Position numbers and translations under genes: made by a program | Shown: positions 49,801-61,375 of the stretch, one piece after another | How positions within the stretch are numbered: position 1 is the first letter of the stretch | Layout of the letters: each line of letters opens with the position of its first letter | Source of the DNA: Callorhinchus milii | Lineage: Eukaryota | Assembly (NCBI RefSeq): GCF_018977255.1 | Contig: NW_024704754.1 | Coordinates: 18,786,001 to 18,850,000, forward strand | Direction: 5' to 3' | DNA length: 64,000 nt | Notes under the pieces: generated by a model | The model's input: the letters and a program-made list of their open reading frames with translations, nothing else | What the model was told of the DNA's origin: nothing | Databases searched by the model: none

Positions 49801-52800
49801 GCACTTGTTTCAGGGACAGGACATGGTGATGGTCCTGAGGAAGGACACCCTGAGTCTCCTCAACCCCGTGGATCACAGCCTTCTGCACTCACAGCCCATC
49901 ATCAACATCCGAGTGTGGGGTGTGGGCTGTAACAACGGCAGGTCAGTGCCGCCCCCCCCCCCCCACCCCCGGTTAGGGTTAGACTCCATCCCCGACCGAT
50001 TTGTCTCTCACCGCTGCTGGTGACACACGAGGTGCCACACAGGAGACATCCTCACAAACACACAGCAGACCCCCCCCCCCAACCCCGGTCACAAACACTC
50101 TCTGTCCAGGGCAAGGCAGGGCAGGGCAAGGGCAAGGCGAGGGCAAGGCGAGGCAAGGGCAGGGCAAGGCGAGGCAAGGGCAGGGCAGGGCAAGGCGAGG
50201 CAAGGCGAGGCAGGGCAGGGCAAGGCAAAGGCAAGGCAAGACAGGGCAAGGCAAGGCAAGCCGATAACAGCTTTCAAAAAGAAAACAAGTTGAGTACGGG
50301 GTGGGGGGGGGGGGGGTGATATTGATTTCCGTTGGGGGAAAAGAGCAGAAAATGGGGTTAGAGTAGAGAGCTCCAGTGGGGGAGCGAGCCCCAGCACAGA
50401 CACCATGGGGAGAGAGAGAGAAGGGAATGGGGGTAGAGAGCTCCAGTGGGGGCGCGAGCCCAGCACAGACACCATGGGAGAGAGAGAGAGAAGGAATGAG
50501 GTAGAGAGCTCCAGTGGGGAGCGAGCCCCAGCACAGACACCATGGGGAGAGAGAGAGAAGGGAATGGGGGTAGAGAGCTCCAGTGGGGGCGCGAGCCCCA
50601 GCACAGACACCATGGGGAGAGAGAGAGAGAAGGGAATGGGGGAGCGAGCCCCAGCACTCTGAGATGTCCTGTTATTGGGAGACCACCTTACCCATCGCCA
50701 GATTGTCAGAACATTTCATCACTGATTCTCAGAGCGCGATCCCAATGTAAGAGATATCTGTCTGAACCCCGTTTGCTCGGTTCCTGTTTGTTGCTGATGT
50801 GTTAGCATCATAACTGCTCGATGTGCCAACTCTTGCTGCATTTTTGCTTGATTAACGGATTGATTTCCTTCTTGCTCTCGTGGAGACAGAGACAGGTAGA
50901 GTTCCATTTTACTTACTTTACTTACACTGTGGAGCTATCTCCAGCTTTTTTAGAATCCGATCTGTCTGCTGCCTTACTCTTCTCCTCGTCCTGTCACTGT
51001 AATCACTGTGGAATCCAGTAGCTCAGTGGATAGAGCACTACCCTCACAAGCGAAATGACCTGCCTTCGATTCCTAGTGTGGGGCGAAACATTGGGCAAGT
51101 TTTCTCACTCCAAACGCCTCTGTTTACCTCGCAGTAAGTAGGAACCTGGTTGTTCGATTGGCGGATCATTTTCCGGGGATAATAATCGCTTCCCAAAATA
51201 ATAATAATTTGGTCCATTGTTCCATGACTTGTGGGACACTGCTGTGTGTAATTGGCTGACATGTTTCGTCCGCAAAATATACAATCAATTCACTTATATT
51301 CTGTGAAGCGCTTTGAGTCATCTCGAAGACACGATAAGCTGTTATGTCAAATGTAAGGATTATTATATAAGTCAAGGGAGAATTGGATGGATGGATAGAT
51401 GGATGGTGGGGAGGGGGTGGTGAGTGTGGAGTTGGAATGATAAATGCCACAGAAATGTCTCCCAGAGTCACTGTAGCTATGTTGCAAGTGGAAGCGTTCA
51501 CTTCTGAATATTCTTGAATCTTCCTTTCCCTCTTGCTAGAGACTTTGCCTACGTAGCGAGCGATAAGGACACGTGCATGCTCAAATGTCACGTCTTCCAC
51601 TGCGACACCCCTGCAAAGGCCATTGCCACCGCCCTGCACCAGATGTGCTCCAAGGCAAGTCCATCCATTGGAAACGTCTGTGAATCTGACTCACTGTCTG
51701 TGAGTCTGATACTGTTACTTGTGGCCCCCGCTCCACCATTGGTGGCTGCGCTTTCAGCCACTACACCCTGAAACTCTGGAACTCTATCCCTCTGCCTTGT
51801 CCCCTCCTTCCCCATCTTCAGGTCGTGCCTAAATACCTTCCTCTTTGACCGTGCCTATGGTTACTCCCCCAACCCCCCAATCCCTGCCCCCCTGCATGAG
51901 GGGCACTGTGTAAATGTTGTTGTTACACTGTGAGTCTGACACTGTTGCACTGACTGCAGATTATGGCGGAGCGAGCAGTGATGAACCTGTCGCCCAGAAG
52001 CTCCGAGACCCAGGATGACATTTCCCCTGAGGACTTACAAGGTATGAGTAACGCCAGGGATTTTTTTTCACTCAGCCGGGTGTCTGACACATGTGGAAAC
52101 CCATCATCAGGCTTAAGAGTCTCCAAACCAAACTGAGAATTCCACACATCCCAACAGACATTCGGTCTCCCCAGACACCCACCACAGCACCGACCCCTGG
52201 GGCAGTCCACACTTTGCATCTCTCCTCAAGTCACATGATTTGGGGTTCAATTTGTGCTGCCATTTTGGGTGTCTCTAGCCCTCTTGTACCCTCCTAACCC
52301 CACCCTCCCTGCCCTCCACTCCTCCTGATCGCAACCCCCAGCTCTGGTCCAAATCCCTGACTGTCCAGCACCTTGGGACATCCTCCCATCGTGAAAGGCA
52401 CCAGGTAAATGTCATTTGTTATTGTTTTTGTTGGTACGTGACTGAGTGACGGGTCTCCCTGTGTGAGGCTGACAGAGGGGGTGTCAGGGCCACTCACTTG
52501 CTGTTCTTTTGCAGTTGATGTTTTGGAGGCTATCAGACAGTCGGTGCAGACATTCCACACGTTGTACGTGGGACATATCCCAGTCTCCAAACCAAGGGGT
52601 GAGTGAAACCCTCTCCCTGATGTTTTTCCTCCTGGGTGATTGTTTTTATTATATGTGTATGTGTGTTTTTGTTAATATCTGCTGGATTGTGATGGGTTTC
52701 CCCAGGAATGGAGCTGGTAAATGACGTGATAAGCAGTCTACTGGACTCAGTGGAGAGACAAGAATGGGAGCCTGTTGTGATGAACGTGACAGACACTACA

Positions 52801-53906
52801 CTGACTGTGTGTAAGGGGAAGGTGAGCACAGTCATTCACAGTCACTACACTGAAGGCTTGGGTTGAGATCAGCCGTGATCTAATAGAATGGCAGATCAGG
52901 CTCGAAGGGCTGAATGGCCTCCTTCTGCTCCTATGTTCCTGAAGCAAGTCTGGGACCTTTCATCACGACGCCCTTGTGTTAATTAGCACAAGCATCGCCA
53001 TTCCTGCAAACTTAAACCCTGATTTGTTCCATATTGCTTTGGGAAATGGTTTTAGAATCAGTTTTTGCCCAAATCAATAAATAAATAAGCAAACACTGTT
53101 CATCCCTCAATGAAGCCAAACCACCAAGGAATAATTTATTGAATGGATTACACATGATCTACCCTGAAATGCCGGTCATAACTCCTCATTGACTGTACCC
53201 TGACTCACTGAGCAACCTGCATTAATGCATTCCTGTATGGATCGGACACTGAAAGTAGAATTGGTCACTCAATCCATGACTGTTTGTGCAACACTGTGGT
53301 GCGCAATTGGCTGCCGTGTTTTGCCCACAAAATACACAGTCAAATCACTTTCTAGTATATCCTGTGATAAGGCACTATATCAAAAGCAAGGATTATTATT
53401 ACAGATATATTTCCAAGTCCCCCACCCAGCCCACCCCACCATTGGTGATCAGCCCTCCAGTCTCTCCCCCACCCTCTGGAACTCCATCCAACAGTCCTTT
53501 CGCCTTGTCTCCTCCCTTGCCTCTTCTTACCGCCCCTTCGGTCACCCTCCTACGCCCACCCTCCCTGATCCCAACCCCCACTTCGGGTCCAAATCCGATT
53601 GCCAAAACCTTGGGACATCCTCCCAATGTGAAAGGCAATGTGTAAATGTAATGGAGTCTCTGTTGTGACGTGTTGGCAGGAATGCTGTGTGAGGCTGATA
53701 TTCCGTTTGTCCTCCAGGGGCAGGAGAGGGGGGTGCAGCCCTGGTGGGAGTGCCGTGTCCGGTACCTGACCTTCCTGGGGGTGGGGAAGGACCCGCATGC
53801 CTTGGCCCTGATCGAGGACACCGGGCACCAGCGTTTCCAATGCCACGTCTTCTGGTGTGAACCGGATGCTGGCTACATGTCTGAGGCCGTGCAGGCAGCC
53901 TGCATG
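43867..53906 (+). CDS. APBB3: Amyloid-beta precursor protein-binding family B member 3 (Fe65L2; WW + 2 PTB), terminal exon absent from window
   Basis: Exons 43867-43915 ([16 protein letters not shown]), 45850-46049 (WW: [29 protein letters not shown]), 46420-46502, 47095-47152, 48914-49060 ([17 protein letters not shown]), 49814-49941, 50890-50895 (microexon), 51540-51654 (GC donor), 51960-52041, 52515-52598, 52706-52821, 53718-53906 (...SEAVQAACM). The expected final exon (VQYQKC...) was not found. Confidence 0.95.
46563..46735. repeat. ~25-bp minisatellite in APBB3 intron
   Basis: Repeats of CCACGGTGGAGGACCTCTGGGTGGC. Confidence 0.85.
47259..48902. other. Assembly gaps flanked by (GT/GAGT)n satellite
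   Basis: N runs at 47259-47619, 47686-47886 and 47986-48902. Confidence 0.99.
49185..49692. repeat. Polypurine (GA-rich) tandem repeat
   Basis: (GAGAGGGGAAGGTGGGGAAAGGGG)n-like. Confidence 0.9.
50107..50260. repeat. (GGCAA/GGCAG)n microsatellite
   Basis: Directly visible. Confidence 0.9.
50352..50658. repeat. ~70-bp unit tandem array (about 4-5 copies)
   Basis: Repeats of GTAGAGAGCTCCAGTGGGGG(A)GCGAGCCCCAGCACAGACACCATGGGGAGAGAGAGAAGGGAATGGGG. Confidence 0.88.
50890..50895 (+). other. 6-nt APBB3 microexon AGACAG in PTB1
   Basis: Context cttgctctcgtggagacag|AGACAG|gtagag. Inclusion gives NNGRDRDFAY, matching GRDRDFAF of human APBB3. Confidence 0.8.
51018..51368 (+). mobile_element. tRNA-derived SINE, full-length copy of the dominant interspersed repeat
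   Basis: A-box-like GTAGCTCAGTGG (51018), B-box-like TTCGATTCC (51065), central GGGCAAGTTTTCTCACTCCAAACGCCTCTGTTTACCTCGCAGTAAGTAGGAACC, and a 3' tail ending AAGGATTATTAT. Many 3'-tail fragments occur across the window. Confidence 0.8.
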
Positions 53907-54259
53907 GTGAGTGTCCGCAGATTGGGGGCCATGGGAGGAGGGGTGTGGGGTTTGATTGGGGAAGGGGTAGGGGCCGAGGTGGACAGTGGGAGTGGGGGAA
54001 GAGCGTTCAACGTGTGACTGGACCTGAGATATTCTTTCAGTCTGGCTCAGTCATTCTTACCTCCAGGTGTGTTTGAGCCCGACACTGCTCAGAACTAATA
54101 TTCCAGCAGTGAGGGAGAGGGTGGGGGGAGCGTGGATTGAAGTGACCAATTTATTATTTTTTCGGAAGGAACTATTACCCCCCGGAAAAGCGATCAGCCA
54201 ATCGGCTTCCAGTCGCTAACCACGACGGGATCTCTGATCGCTGAGGCACAGCACATTAC

Positions 54260-57200
54260 CCAAGATGGTCTTCAGGTCGTGAACGTAGATGATGGCGTTG
54301 TTGGAGGCCGAGGCGAGGAGGAAGGCCAGGTCCCGCCGCGAGCCGTGAGGGTGGTGCCAGCGCACGGCGTTGATCAGCTTGTGGTGCTGCTGCACGGTGC
54401 ACAGTAACCGCAGACTCGGGGCCTGGAGAATCTCCACAGACCTGCCCACACAACACAACACAAACCCTCAGTCCACTGTTCTCTCCCTCCCTCATCAGGG
54501 CCTGAAATAAGCCACAGGTCACTGCAACCCCGGGCGCACGTCTATGTCGCTTTGTTACCCTCTTCCCCAACACCATCTCCCCCACTCCACCAGCCAAACC
54601 CAGTGTCTCTCACCCGTCCTCGTTGCCCACCGCCATCACTTTGCCGTCCGGTTTCCAGCTGATCTCACTGTGACTCGGGAGCTTGTGCTGAGGGTAAACC
54701 ATCAAAAGAGACGTCAACCGGCTCGAGGGGCTGAGTGGCCACCTCCTGCCCCTGGTTTCTGGTATTTGGGGGGGGGGGTAAACTCGGGACACAAGACAAC
54801 CCCCAGCCCCCACATCACCCCCCCTCCCCCCACGCAAATACCCCCCCACACAGATGTATACACATACGCGTACACCCTCCTACCTCACATACGTGCACCC
54901 AAAAGCACGCACCCCCCCCCCGCCCCCAAACACACACCCGCTGAAGGAGAGTGTGAGAGGGATGAGGGCAGTGGTCCGGAGCGAGGACCCACCTTGATGC
55001 CGTTGGTTTCCCGGATCAGCCGGTTGATATCATGGGCGTCAGATCCGAGTTTCCCGGGAACGTGCTGCAGGATCGTGCCCTCCCCCGCGCAGCTGTACAG
55101 GGTCACAGCGGGCAGCTCCACACCGCCTCCTGCAGAGGAAAACAGCAAGTTACAGGACCTGCCCCGCCCCCGGCCACTCAGCCCGGCCCCTCGGCCACTC
55201 GGCCCCTCCGCCCCGTCCCTCGGCCACTCCGCCCCGTCCCTCGGCCACTCCGCCCCGTCCCTCGGCCACTCCGCCCCTCGGCCACTCCGCCCCTCGGCCA
55301 CTCCGCCCCTCGGCCACTCCGCCCCGGCCCTCGGCCACTCCGCCCCGCCCCTCGGCCACTCAGCCCTGCCTCCTGCAGAGAAAAAACAGCCAATTAGAGT
55401 CTACCCCGCCCCTGCCAACTCAGCCCCTTGTCCACTAGGTCCCACCCACTGCCCACTCGGCCCCGCCCTATCTACTCAGCTCTACCCACCCTGTCCCACC
55501 CCCTGCCCGAAAAAACAGCCATTACAGGCTCGATCCCACTCCCTGCCTGACCCACCCACAAGTCACTGACGAACAGGCAGACACACATGTTAACGAGACG
55601 CAGAGTCAGCCCCAGAGACTCACCAGAGGCCACGGGGGGCAGAGGGGGTCCCCAGACCAGGGCGTAAACCGTCTTTCTGTGGTAGGAGCTGGAGATCTGC
55701 GGAGGCCTGGCCGAGAGAGAGACAGCGAGAGAGACACAAAATCCGTCAGAGAACCCCAGCAAAGACGAAGCACAACTCTTCTCCTTTCTGAAAGGATTTC
55801 TGACAACGCATCTGCTATCAAATACACATTCACTACACTCGACGGCAAGCCCTGTGAAGCACGCTGAGATACGAATGTTACCAGTGCTGTGTGGAAGACC
55901 GTGAATATAATAATAATCTCTGCATGGGATACTGCGTCGTATCATATCTTCGAGACGTCTCAAAGCGCTTCGAATATACTGTAAAGTGCAGTGACTGTAT
56001 TTTGAGGGCAAAACACGGCAGCCAATTGCACACAGCAACTTTCTTTGAGGGATTATTGCCAGCGGAAAGCGATCCGCCAACCGCGACTAACAACCGGGAA
56101 AGTTCCCACTTACTGCTGGTTAAACAGAGGCGGGCGTGGAATTAGAAAATATGCCAAACATTTTACCCTGCCCGGGAATCAAACCCGGGTCCTCTGGCTA
56201 GAGAGGCGAGTGCTCTCACCACAGCACATTCACTTACTTATTGGAATAAACGTCATAAATGCCCACTTTGCCGTCGTCAGTGCCGAAGGCCAGGCAGCCC
56301 TCCTTGGTTGGATGCCAACACAACTGCCAAAACAACACAACACAGCACACATTACACCCCAAGCCACGCTACACTGCCACCTCAGGGGACCGAAGGGGAG
56401 AGAGAGCAACAGCTTTCGTAACATCCAAGCTCCACTACGCCAGCTCCCTGCTTGCTGGTCTTCCCAACTCTTCCCGCCACAAGATGCAGATTGTTCAGAA
56501 TTCCGCAGCTCGTGTCCTCTCCCGCACTGAGCTCTGTGAGCCGATCACCACCCCCCACCCTCACCCTCACCCGGCTTCACTGGCTCCCCATCCCCCAGTG
56601 TCAAGACCTTCCTCTTCAACTTGCGTTTCGGTCACCTTCCCACCGCCAACCCCTCGCCCTCCACCCGCCCCTGCTGACCCCAGCCCGCAGCTCAGGTGCA
56701 AACGCTCGACTGTCCACACAGCGATTTGGGACGTCCTCCCGATGTGAAAGGAACCGCGTAAACGGAGTTTGTTGCTGTTGGCGCGAGTGGTGAGAGTGAG
56801 TGAAGAGCAAGTGAGAGCGGTGAGAGCGAGGGAAGAATGTGAGTGAGGAGCGTGAGCACTGACCGAGGTGACTTTGGACTTGATGCCCTGCCAAAGGGTC
56901 TTGACGTCGTAGTTGTTCTTCAGGGATACGGTGTTCCAGACGCGGATCATCCCGTCCCCCACCCCCACGGCCAGGCAGCCCGTGCTGACCGGGGAGAAAG
57001 ACAGACAGTACACAAAGCCCCCCAGGGTGGGCTGTGTCCACAGGCAGTCCAGAGTTTCCAGATCCCAGCACTTCACCTGGACAGGAAAAGCAATGTCAGC
57101 TCCCAGCACCACCCACACCCACAGGGGATTCGCAAACAAGCAAAAGAGAGAGAGAATTTGCATTTTAATAATAATAATCCTTGCATTTGATTTAGTGCCT

Positions 57201-60200
57201 TATCACATCAGCCCTTTGGGACGTCCTCCTGAGGTGAAAGGCAGTATACAAGTATAACTCGTTGTTGTTCCGCCTCCTACCCGCCACCTTCCCTGCCCTC
57301 CACCCCCTCCTATCCCAACCCTCAGCTTGGGTCCAATTCCCTGACTGTCCAGCGCCTTCCGACGTCCTCCCGAAGTGAAAGGCGCCGTGTAAATGTCATG
57401 TGTTGTTATTGTTGAGACGTCTCAAAGCCCCTTCACAGAATACACTGTAAATTGAACTGACCGTGAATTGTGAGGGTGAAACGCGGCAGCCGACTGCGCA
57501 CAGCAGCGACCCCAAACAGTCGTGGACTGAAGTGACCAAAATGATTATTATTTATTTGAATGCGATTGTTACTCCTGGAGAGCAATCCGCCAATCGACTA
57601 AGTGCAGCAATCGCACGGATTCAGGAACGACTGAGCGAGATGGCTCGGAGCTGACTGACCTCACGGTCCATGGAGATGGAGAAGAGCAGGTCCTGACCCC
57701 CCGCCAGCCGGGCCGAGCTCAGGTTGAACACGATGCGACTGTGGTTCTGAGCTTCCGACGTTGGGCCCAGCAACGTCCACCTTTGCTTCCCCGGCTTTGT
57801 CAGATCCCAGAGCAGCAGCTCCCCACTGCAACCAAGGAGAGAGGGGGGAGAGAGAGAGAGAAGGGGGGGGGGATCATTCCTTAACTGTAGAGAGAGATAC
57901 CACACAAGCACGGATGCACGCGCAAAAAGTCTGCGTATCGATCGTAGAGCGAGTAACTAAGCTGTGACTGGCCAGCGTTCTCTCTCACCCGAAGCTACTG
58001 GACACGAGCTGTGTGGGGCGGGCGGGCGGCCAGTGTACAGCCACCCAGATCCTCTCCTTCACACCAGCCTCACTGCCCCCCCGACGTTTCAGGCACGGCA
58101 GCTTCAGTGTCATCACCACTGAGAGAAAGAGAGAGAGAGAGAGCGAAGGTGAGCATGTGTGTAAGCGCGAGTGTGCATGAAAGTGGGGGAGAGGGAAACA
58201 CACACACACATAGTGAGTGCACAAGAGAGAGACACACAGACACAGACAGGAGACCATGTGTGTAAGCGCGAGTGTATGTGAGAGGGGGGGAAAGGGAGAC
58301 ACACACACACAGACAGGAGAGCGTGTGAACGCACGAGTGTGTGAGAGTGAGAGAGAGTGTGTGAGATTGTGAGTGAGAGAGAGAGGGAGAGAGTGTGGGA
58401 GAGGGGAGAGAGCAGTACTGGGCAAACCAGTGACCAGCCAGCGAGGGTTACCTTTGCCTCTGGTGAAGCTCCACACACGGACAGTCTGGTCGCGGCTGCC
58501 GGAGGCGAGGAGGCTGCCTCCCTCGCGGGGCTCCCCGGCTGGATCCTCCTCCTCCTCCTCGCCCCCTTTCCCGGCCAGGACAAGCACAGTGTTAGCACTC
58601 GGACAATCTGGAAATCACAGGAGCTTCCCAACACGCACTGCCCCAATCCTGCCCCCGCGCCCCCAACCCCGTGACTGTCCCCCAGGCTCTTCCCTCACCC
58701 TGTGACACTCTTCCCCCCCCCAATTAATTAATTAATCATTTTTATTACTAAATTGGAGTTGAGGTACAGATTAGCCATGATCTAATAGAATAGCAGAACA
58801 GGTTTGAGGGGACTGAATGGCCTACACCTGTCCCTACATTTCCCGCCCCTCCCCACTCCATGCCTGGCCAACAAATCCCCCCCAAATAAAAATAGGTCAC
58901 TCATCCCACGACTGTTAGCGGGACACCGCTGTGTGTAAATTGGCTGTCACGTAATATTATTATTATTACCTGCACCATCCTCCCCCCGGCCCTGCAAAGC
59001 CCCCTCCCCGGGCTCAGGACACCAGACGATGCTGTGAATCTCTCCGTCGTGACCCCGGAGTCTACGAATCACCTCTCCTTTCATGCTTATATCCATCACA
59101 ATGATCATCCCATCCTTGTACCTGTGGGGGGGGGGGGGGAAGGGAGAGAGGTGAGGGCAGACTAAAGGCCTCCTGTACCCCAACCAAACACACTGTCCCC
59201 ATTACCCGCCTGGTAAGCGGTTCAGCAAATACCCACTGACATCAATACTTTCTACGTCCTGAGCAACAGATACTAACATACAAGGCGTCTGTGCAAAGGG
59301 GGGCTGTTTGGTCCATCGTGTCCGTGCCATGGCTCTAGTTTCTTCCATATCGTCCCGTTTTCTTTTTTTATTTACTCTGCTCACCACAGCCACAACACAC
59401 ACGCACTTCCATTATGTATTTAATGCCCTAAACTCGCTATCCTCAGGGGAGGGGAGGCCTGTCCCTTACCCCAATGCCACGTGCTCGGCGCGGTGAGGGG
59501 AGCAGGTCAGGCAGAAGGCGTGCCGGGACTCGGGGAAAAAGTGCCGCATGTCATTCCTGCTGTACCACCAGCAAATCACCACCCCCTTCTCGTCAGCTGA
59601 CACCACCAACTCCTTGTCCAGAGGGGACCAGTGTAGGGCTGTGATGATGGCCTGTAACACAGTGAGAGGGGAAAGTCACACACACACACACACCCAACCA
59701 CAACACGTTCTATTTCACGGCGCCTTTCACGTCAGGAAGACGTCCCAAGGTGCTGGACAGTCAGGGATTTGGACGGAGCTGTGAGTTTGATCAAGAGGGA
59801 TGGAAGGCAGACACGGGGTGGGGGAGGAGAGTGACCAACGGCACAGTTGAAGCGATTGGTTTTGAGACATACCTTGAAGGTGAGGACGAGGATTGTGAAC
59901 TCTGGGGGATGAGGAGCCAGGCGAGGGTGGGAGTGCGATACACACAGCGCTTGGGGGGTGGGGGTCTGACTTACCTGATGTGCCGTGTGCTCTTTGAGCA
60001 CAGCCCGGGTCTCCGTGTCCCAGACCTTGACGGTCCCGTCATCCGAGCTGCTGGCACAGAGGGTTTCCAGGCCCGCGTGGGGGCAGAAGGTGAAGCCAGA
60101 GACCCGCTCTGTGTGTCCTGAGAGTTCCCCTGAGCGAGAGAGAGAGGGGGGAGGGGTGGGGGGGGGGGAGAGAGAGGAAAATATTCAGCTCAAACTGTGC

Positions 60201-61350
60201 GTCCACATTCCATTCCGACAGTCTCTCTCCCGGATTTCCACGCGAGAGATGGAAGGCATTCCTAATTGGGTTTGGGTACCCTTAACACTGTGGGACGCTC
60301 ACTCCTTGGGCGCAATTGGCTGCCGCGTTTCGGCCACAAAATATTACAGTCACTACACTTTGCAGTGTATCCTGTGAAGCGCTTTTTGAGACGTCTCAAC
60401 AACAAGGCCACAAAGGCCCTGTGTCAAATGCTCGGACTATTGTTATTATTATTATTATTAAGCATGGTGATGGGTTTCTGCATTTTCACTCTCTGATGCC
60501 CCTCTCACTCAATTGCCCCTCTCACTCTCAATTGCCCCTCTCACCCTCTCTATTGCCTCTCTATCAACCTCTCTCTATTGCCCCCCTCCCTCTCTATATT
60601 GCCCCCTCTCTATTGCCCCTCTCACTCTCTCTGTTGCCCCCCCCTCTCTCTCTGTTGCCCCTCTCTCTCTATGTATTGCCCCTCTCACCCTCTCTATTGC
60701 CTCTCTATCAACCTCTCTCTATCGCCCCCCTCCTCTCTATATTGCCCCTCTCTATTGCCCCTCTCACTCTCTCTGTTGCCCCCCCCCTCTCTCTCTGTTG
60801 CCCCCCCCTCTCTCTGTTGCCCCCCTCTCTCTCTATGTATTGCCCTTCTCACCCTCTCTATTGCCTCTCTATCAACCTCTCTCTATCGCCCCCTTCCCTC
60901 TCTATATTGCCCCCTCTCTATTGCCCCTCTCACTCTCTCTGTTGCCCCCCTCTCTCTCTATGTATTGCCCCTCTCACTCTCTCTCTGTTGCCCCCCTCTC
61001 TCTCTATGTATTGCCCCCTCACCCTCTCCATTGCCCCTCCCACCCCCTCTCTCTCTATTGCCCTTTTCTCGTGCCCCTCTCACTCTCAATTGCCCCCCTC
61101 TCTCTGTCTCTGGCATGTGTGGGGCAGCCTGGCTGAGCAGACAGGTCCAGGGTGAGAGCCAGAGACACAGTGAGGCTCCGGGGAGGGAGGCCCGGGAGCT
61201 GGTGTGAGAGAGAGAGAGAGAGAGAGGGAGGCCTCGGCCTGGGGTGGGGGTGAGTGATGGGGGGGTACCTGTGATGGGGGCTCCGGGCTGCCTGATGTCC
61301 AGGAGGAAGACGCTGTTCTTGGCCGCGAAGCCCAGACTGGCGGCCCGGGC
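54260..61350 (-). CDS. GEMIN5: Gem-associated protein 5, WD40 N-terminal portion only (exons 1-13; start codon in gap, 3' half absent)
   Basis: Exons (minus): 61269-61350 (partial), 59975-60129, 59470-59651, 58970-59121, 58452-58565, 57989-58118, 57660-57825, 56864-57076, 56238-56323, 55624-55706, 54993-55129, 54614-54687, 54260-54441. In frame: [67 protein letters not shown]. Head-to-head with MRPL22 as in human. Confidence 0.94.
55160..55365. repeat. GC-rich minisatellite in GEMIN5 intron
   Basis: Repeats of CCTCGGCCACTCCGCCCC. Confidence 0.88.
55905..56225 (-). mobile_element. tRNA-derived SINE copy (GEMIN5 intron)
   Basis: Same head (GTGGTGAGAGCACTCGCCTCT...GGGTTTGATTCCC), core and tail as the 51018 element. 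Confidence 0.72.
56405..56780 (+). mobile_element. L2-clade LINE ORF2 C-terminal fragment
   Basis: [18 protein letters not shown]...[12 protein letters not shown]...LHWLP plus the L2 3' tail. Confidence 0.8.
60495..61105. repeat. CT-rich minisatellite in GEMIN5 intron 1
   Basis: Repeats of CTCTCTATTGCCCC. Confidence 0.9.
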
Positions 61351-61375
61351 NNNNNNNNNNNNNNNNNNNNNNNNN
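61351..61375. other. Assembly gap hiding the GEMIN5 start, the shared promoter and the MRPL22 5' exons
   Basis: 25 Ns that cut GEMIN5 exon 1. Confidence 0.95.

Noticed and set aside
51018-51090. tRNA-like A/B boxes (also ~62540-62612)
   Set aside because: They continue directly into a SINE body and tail, so they are SINE heads and not tRNA genes.
54067-54245. Acceptor (CTCCAG|GTGTGT) as a possible APBB3 last exon
   Set aside because: The translation lacks the conserved VQYQKCL and runs into a SINE fragment.
57876-57891. Plus-strand TCCTTAACTGTAG, a U12 branch-like motif
   Set aside because: It is on the strand opposite GEMIN5, with no matching U12 donor or plus-strand gene.
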